Positions 52,669-62,641 of a DNA stretch of 64,000 nucleotides are shown here, one piece after another. The stretch is from a virus, in IMG/VR virus record IMGVR_UViG_3300025930_000141, positions 1 to 64,000 of that record, one strand, 5' to 3'. How positions within the stretch are numbered: position 1 is the stretch's first letter; each line of letters starts with the position of its first letter. The notes under the pieces were generated by a model. The model was not told the origin of the DNA and ran no database searches. It saw only the letters and a list, made by a program, of their open reading frames with translations. The translations under genes were made by a program, and so were the position numbers.

Positions 52669-53591
52669 ACGTCTTCCTGCTGGGATAGCCAGGTGATTAG
52701 CGCCGCTTCAAGAATAGGGTGGCGAGGAAGTCCACCATGCCGTTTAAACCACCCTCTTAGGAACGTAGCCAGCGTTTCATCCGGGCTAACAGTAACATCA
52801 GAAGGTATAACAGGCGGCTCTTCTGGAAAGGGATTTGGGTCACCAGTTAGGCTGTGGAGCCCGTCCCCCAAGGCATGAAGGTTTAACCCGGTCGGGCTCA
52901 AGCCACCTTCATTAAGCCACTCGGGTCCGATTACTACCCAAGCCTCTTCTACATATTTATCCCAGAATGCTTGTGACATTTCCTGTACCGCGCCCCAGGT
53001 GACCAACTTATAAGTGTTGGTGTCATAGAAGCCAACGTTAATTGCGTGGCCTCCCTCGACGCGAGCGCCGGATACGACCTCCCATGGTTCCTCGTTATTA
53101 AACTGGTCCATGGCCGAGTCTGGAAAGTCAATGCCGATATAGACGGTACCGAAGATATAGCAAGCCGCCTTAACTTCTGCGATGTTTGTTACGTCTACCT
53201 CAGCAAAGGCTAGAATCTTGTGCCCGCCAATACCGTTCTTTCGCCAGTGGCCTAGTACCTCTTGCATTACTGCGCCATTGTCTGTGGAAGGGTCGTTCGG
53301 GTCGAACCCACTAACCGCCTCATACGCGGCTAGTACGTCCATGTTTGAAATTGTTGCTGTTGAGCCCTGTCCATAGGTGGACCAGGCTTGAATCATGTGG
53401 CCTGCTGCTGCGCAGGTACAGTCTCCGTACCGGTCGTTTAGGTACATCGGCCAGTTTACTACGTCCGAGAGCCAGTCGGTCGTAGCCGGGTAACTCATCG
53501 GGGTAGCGGTCAGATAGTTCTTGAGCAAAAGACGAGGCTTTTTACCGTCGTTCTTCTTGCGTCCGTGATGGAATTCAATGTTTCGGGACAT
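52665..53591 (-). CDS. papain-like (C1-type) cysteine peptidase
   Basis: ND.YGDCTCAA (Cys), GGHAI (His), VTWG. Confidence 0.75.
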   Translation of the reverse strand: MSRNIEFHHGRKKNDGKKPRLLLKNYLTATPMSYPATTDWLSDVVNWPMYLNDRYGDCTCAAAGHMIQAWSTYGQGSTATISNMDVLAAYEAVSGFDPNDPSTDNGAVMQEVLGHWRKNGIGGHKILAFAEVDVTNIAEVKAACYIFGTVYIGIDFPDSAMDQFNNEEPWEVVSGARVEGGHAINVGFYDTNTYKLVTWGAVQEMSQAFWDKYVEEAWVVIGPEWLNEGGLSPTGLNLHALGDGLHSLTGDPNPFPEEPPVIPSDVTVSPDETLATFLRGWFKRHGGLPRHPILEAALITWLSQQEDV

Positions 53592-53615
53592 ACTCCGATA
53601 ATAGCATTATCGGAT

Positions 53616-53918
53616 TTAAGTGTCAAACAGATGTAATTGGTCTGGGTCGGTCGGCGGCAGAGGCTCACCCAACTTGAATTTGGTGCATACCACGCCCTGG
53701 GCATCGAGGTCTATTAGTTCCTCTACTGGGTCTTCGGTTATAATCTTACCTTCGATTTCGAAGCACATCGGATACTCTTCGCGGTCTGAGCGGTATATGC
53801 AGACCTGGCACTGACGCTCTTCGATATCGGCCATAAGGTCCCAGATATAATCGTATCTGATTTCACGGTGTGGAGTATAGACCATTAGCCGTCGTAGTCC
53901 CAATTCTTGTATCGCCAC
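53616..53918 (-). CDS. hypothetical protein (CxxC)
   Basis: ORF track. Confidence 0.6.
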   Translation of the reverse strand: MAIQELGLRRLMVYTPHREIRYDYIWDLMADIEERQCQVCIYRSDREEYPMCFEIEGKIITEDPVEELIDLDAQGVVCTKFKLGEPLPPTDPDQLHLFDT

Positions 53919-54114
53919 TCACTGTCGGGCGCGAGGTTCTTAGCCTCTTGTGCCTTTTCACGAGCATATTCGTCACGGTCGTCGTCCCATACCGGGTGAA
54001 TGCCTAGGCCCACAAGTTCGCAATCAAAGTTATCTTCGATAAGCGCAGCCAACTTCTCTAGAAAATCTTCGTGTCGGTCTTTAAATTCACCAGTAATGGT
54101 AATTTCTTGTAGTT

Positions 54115-54405
54115 TCACTTCAAGTACCTTTCAATCATACCCTCTAGCCACTCGTAGCCTACGGGATTGGCGGTAAGGATAGTATACTTCTCAAACCGGA
54201 AGTTATTCTCAATCATCCACAAGACTACCGGGCGGCTGGTGTCGTCACCGCCGAGGTCGTGGTCCAGGGCAATCTCAGTATGTGGGATAAGATACCACAA
54301 CGGGTGGCTAGCCTTTTCAAGCAGTGCAATGGCACCCTTGGACGAATAGGCGCGCATCCAGCCAGCGTCAGGCTGAGGTCTTACGTCGTCTACCCAAATC
54401 TTCAT
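54115..54405 (-). CDS. cyclic-phosphate-processing receiver-domain protein
   Basis: KIWVDDVRP..W..ALDHDLG..TANPVG; ATGA overlap. Confidence 0.8.
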   Translation of the reverse strand: MKIWVDDVRPQPDAGWMRAYSSKGAIALLEKASHPLWYLIPHTEIALDHDLGGDDTSRPVVLWMIENNFRFEKYTILTANPVGYEWLEGMIERYLK

Positions 54406-54808
54406 CTGTAATACCCCGGCTTGTCTATAGGAGTTGGTGTTATGGCCTTGTTTCCACAGTTCGCACAATACATTTCAAGCGAGTACATGGCAATCTCATA
54501 GTCATCGAATGACGCAAGTATCTTCCACAAGTTGGAGCCGCACACGCACTCGTGGGTGATGACCCCTAGGTCTATCATAGTATCCTTACCAACTGTTCGT
54601 CGCCGCACCGTTCGCAGCACATAACTCTATAGTTAATCTGTATTATTACGTCGAAGGTGCCGATGTTTTCGGTCCGGTCTTCCAACATGTATTTGTGGAA
54701 TCCGAGCCAGCAAAAGAATGGTCTACGCATGAGCAATACTCCAACCACCAAGGTTTTGTATCACTTGAATAGTCGGGGTGCCAGCCCGAATCTGGCACCC
54801 CGTCATTA

Positions 54809-55450
54809 TCAGGACTTGACTGCGTTTTCTCGGTCTTCATCCGAAAAGGCTGCGGCTGCAACAGCGGCCTTATTGCCCTTGGCCTGTCGCACGGTACCTG
54901 CATAAGTGCTTAGGCTGCTCATGGTCTGACCGGTATTACTGGTGTTGTAGGTCAGAGACTTGTTCGGGTCGAAACCGAACGAGCGTCCTACGCTTACCGC
55001 GTCCATGTTGGCACCTAGGAACACAAAGTCCCAGTTCCACTTATCGGTTTGCTCACGAATGAGGTCTACTACGCCCTCGCGGGTCCAGTCATGGGAAGAG
55101 TTTTCGCCACCGTCTGTTACAACGGCAACCAAAACAGTACCCGGACGGTCGGCCTCTGCACGAGCGGCCAACTTCTCACCCAACTGGGTTACACCCTTAC
55201 CGATAGCGTCTAGCAATGCGGTCATACCGCGCGGCTGCAAGACGGCCTTAGCCTCGCTAACGTCCTTATCTGTATAGACCAGTTCGTACGTGTCGTCAAA
55301 CTGCACGTAATCCACGACAGCGGTGCCGTCCAACTTGGCCTGTTCCTCAAAAAATGTGTCCAGTGCCCCGCGCATGTCCTGTTCACAGGAACGCATGGAG
55401 CCCGAACGGTCTACAATTACAAGCAATTGTGTTAAATCTTGGTTAGTCAT
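54809..55450 (-). CDS. von Willebrand factor A domain protein
   Basis: DRSGSM, PRGMTALLDAIG, TDGGENSS, FVFLGAN. Confidence 0.9.
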   Translation of the reverse strand: MTNQDLTQLLVIVDRSGSMRSCEQDMRGALDTFFEEQAKLDGTAVVDYVQFDDTYELVYTDKDVSEAKAVLQPRGMTALLDAIGKGVTQLGEKLAARAEADRPGTVLVAVVTDGGENSSHDWTREGVVDLIREQTDKWNWDFVFLGANMDAVSVGRSFGFDPNKSLTYNTSNTGQTMSSLSTYAGTVRQAKGNKAAVAAAAFSDEDRENAVKS

Positions 55451-55458
55451 ATTTCCTT

Positions 55459-55782
55459 TCATCCACCCATATCGGGGGAGTGATTAGAACGGTATGTCAT
55501 CCATCGAGAGCCCTTGCCTGGCTTTTTACGCAAGGCCCGATGCTGCCAAAGAGTGTCACCGCTCTTAATCCGCGCCCAGGCGCGGTTGTTGTTTTTCTTA
55601 GGGGCTCGCCAGTGCTTGCCCATATATTCCATCCGACCCTTGCAGGAAGGACAAATCCCGTAATACGTGCTAATGTACCCGTACCGTGGATGCGGCACAG
55701 ATGCCATTAACCAGGAATCACGTTTGATTACCTTCCTGCAAGGGACACAGACGTACGTACCGTTACTCGGCATCCCACTCAC
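55459..55782 (-). CDS. Zn-ribbon hypothetical protein
   Basis: CVPCR..CPSC..MG..WRAPKK. Confidence 0.7.
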   Translation of the reverse strand: MSGMPSNGTYVCVPCRKVIKRDSWLMASVPHPRYGYISTYYGICPSCKGRMEYMGKHWRAPKKNNNRAWARIKSGDTLWQHRALRKKPGKGSRWMTYRSNHSPDMGG

Positions 55783-56329
55783 CAGACTCGGACTGTAGTA
55801 CAGCGGTGTCTACGGCGGCAGGACGCATTTCAGGAGTAATCGAGCAGACCCAGCACCACAAAAGCGCGTGGTCACACTCATTGTACTTAACCTTGGCCCA
55901 CTGAGGCATTTCCTTACCGGTCATACCACACGCAGCACAAACTTCGTCTGCGGCGAGATAGTTACCGTTGTAACACTCGGTACATGCCTCTGGACGGCTG
56001 GCTCGCTTCTCCCTACGGTACCTGAACTTTATCTTGTTAGGACGCTCCGGCAAGGTGCCGTCGTCATTAGGGATTCTTTCACCCTTCTTCGCGTTGTGGC
56101 GCTTACACATCAACTTAAGGTTGGGCAATGCGTTAATCTTGTCTTCTGACCAACCCAATTCCCGACCGTGCCACTTTGGCACCCAGTGGTCAATGGTGAC
56201 CCTTGTAGGACCATCATCAGCGGCAAAGTCCAATGTGTGCTCAGCGCCAGGGTATTGACAAGTATCGCCGTCACGCTTGCGCAGTGCGGCGATGGTCTCC
56301 ACTCTTGGTCTGATGATAGTCGTAGTCAT
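55763..56329 (-). CDS. HNH endonuclease with Cys-rich tail
   Basis: RDG..CQY, TIDH.VP, NL..MC..HN..KG; adjacent to terminase; leaderless. Confidence 0.88.
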   Translation of the reverse strand: MTTTIIRPRVETIAALRKRDGDTCQYPGAEHTLDFAADDGPTRVTIDHWVPKWHGRELGWSEDKINALPNLKLMCKRHNAKKGERIPNDDGTLPERPNKIKFRYRREKRASRPEACTECYNGNYLAADEVCAACGMTGKEMPQWAKVKYNECDHALLWCWVCSITPEMRPAAVDTAVLQSESGEWDAE

Positions 56330-56335
56330 GGGTCC

Positions 56336-56364
56336 ATGGTAGCACGTCAGCGCGGAGGTGTCAA
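56336..56364 (-). promoter_or_regulatory. SigA-type promoter TTGACA-N17-TACCAT
   Basis: ATG 7 nt after the -10. Confidence 0.7.
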
Positions 56365-56366
56365 CG

Positions 56367-58187
56367 TCAGATTAACTTGATATTCTCGACTGATACCCGG
56401 TCAATTGCTCCCCGCAGTTCAGCAGGCATAGCATGTTTTGGCGGGCGAATAACTCCATCGCGCTTCCAGCGCTCTTCCTTTTCTTGGTCTATTTTGGTTT
56501 GTAGATTGCTAAGGGTAACAATCTCTACCGTTCTGTTTTGTGGCTTGGCGGTGTTCTTAACCGCATCGTATACCGCGCCGCAGACCGCATCGGACAAGTC
56601 CTTATAACCTGAGCGCGGGTGGTCAATCTTACCGTTCGGCATATACCGAAGTTCTTTTAGTTCCTTAATCAACTTTTCATCCTTAGGACCGAACAGGCGA
56701 CCTAGGTCATATAGAAGGTTAAGGAAGTCATCGTAGTGCTTATTGTCTACCGAGAGCGTGTCAGTCTCAATACCCTGCCGCTCTAGGAAGTTCATTGTGT
56801 CGTTAGAGTTCCATCGGTCGAAGGTAACCAGTTTAATGTTGAATCCTCTGCGCCGAAGTGCGAAGATATAATCGGTTACCTCTTTGTAGTCCATGGGGCG
56901 CTCTTTGCTCGGCTCCCAGTAACGCAAAGCGTCTACCTGTACTACCGGCTGTAGTTCACCCAGGATACCACTTTCATACATTACCCACTTCTCGACGTGA
57001 GCCAGGCCGACCGCACAACGGTCGTGGACCTTGGACAAGTCTACGTGGACATAGTATTCTTTATCTAGTTTAGGTGTGAAGTGGATATTGAATACCCCGG
57101 ACTGGTCAACTCCGTTAGGCCCAGAGAATACCTCGTCCAGCACCAGCGGGCTCTTGATAAAGGCGTCTTCTAGCGACGTGCCCGGTACACAGGCAAAACG
57201 CCCAAGGGCGTCAGCCTTGTTGGCAAAGAATGCTCGTCTAAACGATTCAATTGGTTGTGTTGGATTAACGTCCCAGGTAGGACGCTTTTGTGCGTAATAC
57301 CCCGGCTGGTCGTAACGAATAATGTGGTCTTCGGGCCACTCGATACGTACTTCGTTTTCAGGTATACCGTCGGGCAGGTCTTCATTCATCTTGAACACGT
57401 GGCTGCGCATGATAACTTCTTTTTCAGCCACAACTTTATCGTACTTAGCGCTGATGAAGTCACCATCGAAGCGCGGGAACGATAGTAGGATTACCTTACC
57501 CACTTCGCTGAAACGAGAGTCTACCGAACCACGGTGCATTTCATAGATGAACTTACCGGTTTTGGCTCGGCTGTTGCCGGTGTTGGACTCAAGCATGAAA
57601 CCGCTAATCTCGTCCAGTACAACAACCATAACGTTATAACCCTCAAGAGACTCTGACTCAGAGTGACCAGAGATAACGTTGATGTTCTTGTCGAAGTTGA
57701 TTTCTCCCTGGGTTACGCGATACTTACCACGGAACCACGGAGACCGCTCTACACGCAGCACGAGGTTCTTGAAGAATACTCGGTTAGCCTGCTGTGCGTT
57801 AACAGCGATGTTCATAATGTCGATGTTGTCGCCCTGAGGACGACCCCAGTAGTCAGCCGGGTCCTTGAGACACATCAATAGGTATACGATGTAACAACAC
57901 ATGATTACAGAACATGCGTCTTTACCGCTACCCTTGCCCCATTGGAGCAATACTTCGTTACAGGTTTCGTTGTACCGAGCCCAGCCCTTCTCTTCGCCAT
58001 AAAGGGCGATGAGCGTTTCTAGTTTGTAAACCTGGGTACCGTGCTTAATTGCCTTGTACTGGTTCTCACTGAGCGGCTTGAAGCCGAGGTAATCTGGACT
58101 GGTGACAAAGGTCTCCACGTCAACGGGAATCTCGTCCCAGTCTGTACCTGATACTGCGCTAAGTGCGTCAGTGATAAAATCTGTTAT
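56367..58187 (-). CDS. terL: terminase large subunit (probable ATA start at 58187; first standard start GTG at 58118)
   Basis: Walker A GKGSGKD, Walker B VVVLDE, LLSFPR; nuclease HVDLS..D, TFDRW, DHP....KD.SDA. Confidence 0.92.
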   Translation of the reverse strand: MTDFITDALSAVSGTDWDEIPVDVETFVTSPDYLGFKPLSENQYKAIKHGTQVYKLETLIALYGEEKGWARYNETCNEVLLQWGKGSGKDACSVIMCCYIVYLLMCLKDPADYWGRPQGDNIDIMNIAVNAQQANRVFFKNLVLRVERSPWFRGKYRVTQGEINFDKNINVISGHSESESLEGYNVMVVVLDEISGFMLESNTGNSRAKTGKFIYEMHRGSVDSRFSEVGKVILLSFPRFDGDFISAKYDKVVAEKEVIMRSHVFKMNEDLPDGIPENEVRIEWPEDHIIRYDQPGYYAQKRPTWDVNPTQPIESFRRAFFANKADALGRFACVPGTSLEDAFIKSPLVLDEVFSGPNGVDQSGVFNIHFTPKLDKEYYVHVDLSKVHDRCAVGLAHVEKWVMYESGILGELQPVVQVDALRYWEPSKERPMDYKEVTDYIFALRRRGFNIKLVTFDRWNSNDTMNFLERQGIETDTLSVDNKHYDDFLNLLYDLGRLFGPKDEKLIKELKELRYMPNGKIDHPRSGYKDLSDAVCGAVYDAVKNTAKPQNRTVEIVTLSNLQTKIDQEKEERWKRDGVIRPPKHAMPAELRGAIDRVSVENIKLI

Positions 58188-58726
58188 ACGTCAACAACCT
58201 CCGAAGAAATGACCTCAGCCTTTCCAGAGATTTGCGACAACTTGTAGGCAACCTTTTGCTTACAGTCTGTGCATAGGTCATTTCTCAAAATGTCCATAAC
58301 AATGTCTTGCTTTTCCTCCATCGCGGCCAACTCGTCTCCGAGGTCGCCGGATTCCAGCAGGCCAGCCTTTTGAATAAGGTCCAGTCGTCTGGCCTCTAGT
58401 TCGGCAATGGCCTTAAGCGCGGCATTGATTTGTCCTGCAACCTGATGGTTAAAGTTAATATCTTCTAGGTCACGGACCAGGCTATAGAATTTCCTGATTA
58501 GTTTATCGTAGTGCGTGATGAGTTTTGCCAGGTGGTCACGAGCCATGTCACGAGCCATGGGGTCGGTTGCCAGGGCAGCGCGGTAGTCACCCAATAATTC
58601 AAGAACTACCTTACGCTGTATACCGAGTTCCCTAGCGATTTGGAGTTCGGTCTTACTTTCAGACCATAGGTCTACAACCTTCTCCATTAGTTCGAAGCGG
58701 CCAGACTCTACCGGAACAATTGTCAT
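58184..58726 (-). CDS. HTH protein, probable terminase small subunit
   Basis: N-terminal HTH (QIARELGI), helical body, coupled to terL. Confidence 0.65.
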   Translation of the reverse strand: MTIVPVESGRFELMEKVVDLWSESKTELQIARELGIQRKVVLELLGDYRAALATDPMARDMARDHLAKLITHYDKLIRKFYSLVRDLEDINFNHQVAGQINAALKAIAELEARRLDLIQKAGLLESGDLGDELAAMEEKQDIVMDILRNDLCTDCKQKVAYKLSQISGKAEVISSEVVDV

Positions 58727-58890
58727 CTATATCCACCAGCGGTCGGAGCCCACGTCAGACCCTTGAAGGTGTACTTTCTGTCTAATTTGAGTCCACAGTT
58801 ATGGCAACATTGTCGGTCGCGTTCCGAGATTGGGACGTTCCGCTCTTGTGGGTCATCGTCACAGTGCGGACATGTGTACTCATATATCAT
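58723..58890 (-). CDS. FmdB-like Zn-ribbon protein (not in the ORF track)
   Basis: MIYEYTCPHC..CHNCG..L.R; ATGA overlap. Confidence 0.75.
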   Translation of the reverse strand: MIYEYTCPHCDDDPQERNVPISERDRQCCHNCGLKLDRKYTFKGLTWAPTAGGYR

Positions 58891-58902
58891 TAGTTAAGTA
58901 TA

Positions 58903-59499
58903 TCATATCTGTTGAATTAATGTGGTAGCCTCTAAATGCTTGTCTATTTTCCAGTGTAGTTCGTCTACCGTACCGTCGTTTTGCAGCACATGGTCGAACG
59001 GCCAGTGGTCCAGAGAAATTTCACTGGGGTGGTCACCCGCAGGCCTAATTCCTGGGCGCTCTACGCGCCATGTGACGCCTCCTGGGCTACCTCCAATGGC
59101 GACCGCCTCATTGGGGAATCGCATGTCGGTGATTACTATGTCGTCGCGGAGGTCGAGATTACTGAACAATGCGTCTACCCAGACGTTTTCACCCATTGTT
59201 TCTCTACCGGCTTCGGTGCCGAGGCGTTGCATCAGGCCCCGTATCTCGTCTTTGTAAGCCGTGACCTTTGCACCTTCCCAGCCGAACTTGTCGATAACGT
59301 CGCGCAGGCGCACGGGGTACGAGTCGATGTGGTAATTGATATTGGTCCAACCATACTCATGTATTACTGGATTAACTTGATAGAGAAACTCTCGCATCTT
59401 GTCTGCAAAAGCCATTTTCTTGAATCCATACTCTTCTACTAGGTAATCACCAATGGTGTCTTTACCTGCGCGAGCGTAACCGCTTAGTCCAATTATCAT
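58903..59499 (-). CDS. deoxynucleoside monophosphate kinase
   Basis: IGLSGYARAGKDT, FAD, Q..GTE.GR, ITDMRFPNE, H.SE. Confidence 0.92.
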   Translation of the reverse strand: MIIGLSGYARAGKDTIGDYLVEEYGFKKMAFADKMREFLYQVNPVIHEYGWTNINYHIDSYPVRLRDVIDKFGWEGAKVTAYKDEIRGLMQRLGTEAGRETMGENVWVDALFSNLDLRDDIVITDMRFPNEAVAIGGSPGGVTWRVERPGIRPAGDHPSEISLDHWPFDHVLQNDGTVDELHWKIDKHLEATTLIQQI

Positions 59500-59771
59500 T
59501 AAGCCAATGTACCGTCCGGGTTACGCCTGCCACTCTTGAAATACACAAGAATGTCTTCCCACCTGTCGCTTTTGTTAAAACTGGACTGCACCACGTCGCA
59601 TGTAAAGGTCTTGCCCAAAAAGAACTGCTTGGGAAACGTGACCGGCTTTGAAACTACCCTTAGGTAGTCCCCATCTTCGTCGGGGCTGAATCCCTCTTCG
59701 GAAGTGCCCAATAGGGCAACTATCTCTCTGGTTACCTCGCCGGGGCGTACGTCAAATACTAAATAAGTCAT
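59499..59771 (-). CDS. hypothetical protein
   Basis: Coupled overlaps on both sides. Confidence 0.65.
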   Translation of the reverse strand: MTYLVFDVRPGEVTREIVALLGTSEEGFSPDEDGDYLRVVSKPVTFPKQFFLGKTFTCDVVQSSFNKSDRWEDILVYFKSGRRNPDGTLA

Positions 59772-59956
59772 TCGCTATCCTCTCGCTTGTCGTAACTGTG
59801 ATGTGTTACGAGCCAAAATACTACGTCTTCGTGCCGCGCGCCCTCTTCGCACACGGGAATACATTCGCACCCGGCGCTCAGCCGATGCTCTTTTAAGTCA
59901 TCTTCGGGTACGATATGTACCGCTGTCGGTGTGTCAATTACCGCCCACATTGTCAT
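59768..59956 (-). CDS. small His/Cys protein
   Basis: H..P.DD...H....C.C.P..HHS.D.RE. Confidence 0.65.
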   Translation of the reverse strand: MTMWAVIDTPTAVHIVPEDDLKEHRLSAGCECIPVCEEGARHEDVVFWLVTHHSYDKREDSE

Positions 59957-60366
59957 TCCTCCAAGTAATCTATCATTGATTTAAGTACGCTAGCACTTTC
60001 TTCTACTTGACCAATGATAGTATTACAGCGACGACAAAGCAAACCACGAATACACTTACCGCAAGATATCTCACCGGGACAGCAGGAGTGGTCATGGTCA
60101 ACATCTAAAGTCTTTCCACTCCAATCAATGCGTTTGCATATCTTGCATACGCCGCCTTGAGCATCCAAAAGTTCTTGATATTTTTCTGGTGTCAGACCAT
60201 AGCGATATCTAAGTTTATAGACCCGACGTACGCCGCGACTTCTCTCAGAACGATTATACTTTGCCTGACATGACCGACAACTACTTTGCAGTCCATCTTT
60301 TGTTCGTTTTTGCTTGTTGAATTCGGTGTAATACTTTAGTTCCTGACAACTTGAACAAGCCTTCAT
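59953..60366 (-). CDS. endonuclease VII-type HNH endonuclease
   Basis: YGLT, Q.G.C.IC, VDHDHSCCPG..SCGKCIRGLLC..CN. Confidence 0.9.
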   Translation of the reverse strand: MKACSSCQELKYYTEFNKQKRTKDGLQSSCRSCQAKYNRSERSRGVRRVYKLRYRYGLTPEKYQELLDAQGGVCKICKRIDWSGKTLDVDHDHSCCPGEISCGKCIRGLLCRRCNTIIGQVEESASVLKSMIDYLEE

Positions 60367-61037
60367 GGCTCTAAAACTCTTTGGCCCCTCTGGTTTGTTC
60401 TGTGGCCCCACTCGTGAACCGCCACCGTTTCCTTTGGATAGTCGATATCAATTTCAGGATATTCTCCGTAGTTGAAATCGCTAAAGTGGATTGGATTGAA
60501 TACCTGTCGTGGGTACAGTCTAACATACCCAGGCCATTCACTCAAACTTTGCATCAATAGTTGCACACCGGTCGTAGCGTTCATAAACGCACCCGGCATT
60601 CCGAAGTATCGCATCGGGAGGTTTCTAATTACTCGTTCAAAGAAGGTGCAATTCTTCGGTGCGTACATTGCCATGTTAACAGCGTGTACGTCGTCTTCCA
60701 TGGCAAGGGCGGGAGTGTTGATTTGGTAATTAAGGGTGCTAAGAGGCTTGAGCGGCTTTAGGTCCGTATTGAAGTACCAGCCGCCAATTTGATAGATTAT
60801 CTCATAGTCTACCACGTCGGCTACATGGGTGTAATAGGCAATCATGTCAGCCCCCGGCTGCTTAGACTGCTTGTACATGTCGTGCAGCACGCGAGTGTTA
60901 ATCCACTCGGTGTCCATGATTTCTTCCTCGGTCCAGTCCCACAGGGTCAGGTCGGGATTCAACTTCTCCCAGAGCAGGCCGTAGTCGCGGTATCGTTCGG
61001 GCATTTCACCGCCCATCCAAATTCTATGCATGTACAT
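60363..61037 (-). CDS. glycosyltransferase, GT32/DXD-like
   Basis: HRIWMG, LNPD, ADVV.YE, GGWYFNTD, TG..L, VHEW. Confidence 0.85.
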   Translation of the reverse strand: MYMHRIWMGGEMPERYRDYGLLWEKLNPDLTLWDWTEEEIMDTEWINTRVLHDMYKQSKQPGADMIAYYTHVADVVDYEIIYQIGGWYFNTDLKPLKPLSTLNYQINTPALAMEDDVHAVNMAMYAPKNCTFFERVIRNLPMRYFGMPGAFMNATTGVQLLMQSLSEWPGYVRLYPRQVFNPIHFSDFNYGEYPEIDIDYPKETVAVHEWGHRTNQRGQRVLEP

Positions 61038-61038
61038 T

Positions 61039-61716
61039 TTATTCGTATTTTCCTTGGTCTTCTCTGTGTGACCAGTGGTGGAGACCGAACGCTCCCACAG
61101 CCACAGCCTGGTCCCGCCAATCATCTGCATTTCCTCCTACTGGTATACTGCCATGATGCACATAGTTAAACGTTTCTCTTGGCAAGGCCAACAGGTCGTC
61201 TCGTTCGTGCCACACTCGGGTAAGCAGGTGCGGCCCGGTTTGATGTTGCATGTATTCATTATACCTGGCGTAATAGTTTTCTGGAAGTACGTCGTTGAGA
61301 CGCTTCCAGAACGGATGCCCCTTTGGTCCACCATAAGCACAGTTAACCAAGTAGTAGTCGTCTTCAAATGTGGCCCAGGCATTCTCGCCCGTAATTTCCA
61401 TTAGGTCATCTAGAGGTCGAAGAGGCTCAATGTCTACATTTAAACATACCCCGCCGAACCGCTCCATTAGTTCATAATAAATTACATCACTTGACTGCAC
61501 CGCTACGGCCCTGTCAAAGTCCATCGGAATGCTCGACCTTGGCCGACGAGCAATGTCATCTAACACGGATTGATTACGCATGGGCGGCAGGTCTTTTCGA
61601 GTCCATTCGATAACTTGCCAATTGGGATTTAGGTCTTGCCACTGTTGACCGAACTCTATATAGCGCTCTGGCATAGGTTTGGGACCGAGCCAAAGTCTAT
61701 GAACCAGTCTTTCCAC
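61039..61716 (-). CDS. glycosyltransferase, GT32/DXD-like (paralog)
   Basis: HRLWLG, LNP.W, SD, GGVCLNVD, HPFW, TGP.LLT, HHW. Confidence 0.87.
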   Translation of the reverse strand: MERLVHRLWLGPKPMPERYIEFGQQWQDLNPNWQVIEWTRKDLPPMRNQSVLDDIARRPRSSIPMDFDRAVAVQSSDVIYYELMERFGGVCLNVDIEPLRPLDDLMEITGENAWATFEDDYYLVNCAYGGPKGHPFWKRLNDVLPENYYARYNEYMQHQTGPHLLTRVWHERDDLLALPRETFNYVHHGSIPVGGNADDWRDQAVAVGAFGLHHWSHREDQGKYE

Positions 61717-62641
61717 GCAGTTTCCTAAAGTAGTCTACGGTTTCGTGTACCCCGTCTTTCAGGGTCTTGAATGGTCGCAGGTCCAGGCCGTCGAGCGTGG
61801 ACGGGTCGCCCAGCACAATACTGTGCTCCGGTTCGCCAGGACGCATTGGTTGGTAAGCCAGCCTTGCAAAAGACTTCTCCTGTTGCTCGCGGGCGCGCCA
61901 GTATGGGTCTACCTCATTCCACACCGTTTTGGCAATCTCATTAACAGTGGTGTCAACTCCGCTGCCAGCCTCGTAGATGTGAGTAGACGGGAAACCGGAC
62001 TCCACGTGACGCTCTAGGGCGGACACCAAAGTCTGTGCTACGTCACCTACGTAAATCATGTCCATAATCTGGCTGCCGTCTCCATAGATTTCAATAGGCT
62101 TACCGTCGAGAGCCAGGTTCACGAACGCAGGCATAATCTTCTTTACCTTGCTAGGGCCGTACGGTGGCGCTGCCACCTGGCGGGGGCCGTAGGCATTGAG
62201 CGCACGAACAATGGTAATGTTGGTGTTCTGTTCGGCGTTGAACATGTGAGCAAACCGCTCCATCGTAGACTTGGTGATGGAGTAGGTGTTATTCATCCAG
62301 TGATTGCCCACTGCAATGTTTACGCCTGGGACCTTATACTGAGCGGCTGCTTTGAAGAGATTGAGTCCACCCAGAATATTAGTGTGCGCTGCTGGAATGG
62401 GATTGACAATGGTTTCTTGAGTACCCAAGACACCAGCCAAATGAATCCATGCGTCAGCATGCGCCACCGCTTCGGTGACCGCTGTGGAATCTGTGATATC
62501 TCCCAGGAATAACTCGCTTCCGTCAGGGAGAAATCCCTTGTTGTGACGGTCAAATGCAATCGGCGTGTGACCACGGCGAATCAACTCTTCTTGTACGTAC
62601 CCGCCGATGAAACCGGAGGCACCTGTTACTAAAACTTTCAT
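61697..62641 (-). CDS. NAD-dependent nucleotide-sugar epimerase/dehydratase
   Basis: VTGASGFIG, HLAG, YSITK, NAYGP, GDGSQ..D.IYV.D. Confidence 0.92.
   Translation of the reverse strand: MKVLVTGASGFIGGYVQEELIRRGHTPIAFDRHNKGFLPDGSELFLGDITDSTAVTEAVAHADAWIHLAGVLGTQETIVNPIPAAHTNILGGLNLFKAAAQYKVPGVNIAVGNHWMNNTYSITKSTMERFAHMFNAEQNTNITIVRALNAYGPRQVAAPPYGPSKVKKIMPAFVNLALDGKPIEIYGDGSQIMDMIYVGDVAQTLVSALERHVESGFPSTHIYEAGSGVDTTVNEIAKTVWNEVDPYWRAREQQEKSFARLAYQPMRPGEPEHSIVLGDPSTLDGLDLRPFKTLKDGVHETVDYFRKLRGKTGS

Noticed and set aside
56367-58187. Intein or intron in terL
   Set aside because: Continuous ORF of ordinary length with no C/S...HN splice motifs or LAGLIDADG insert.
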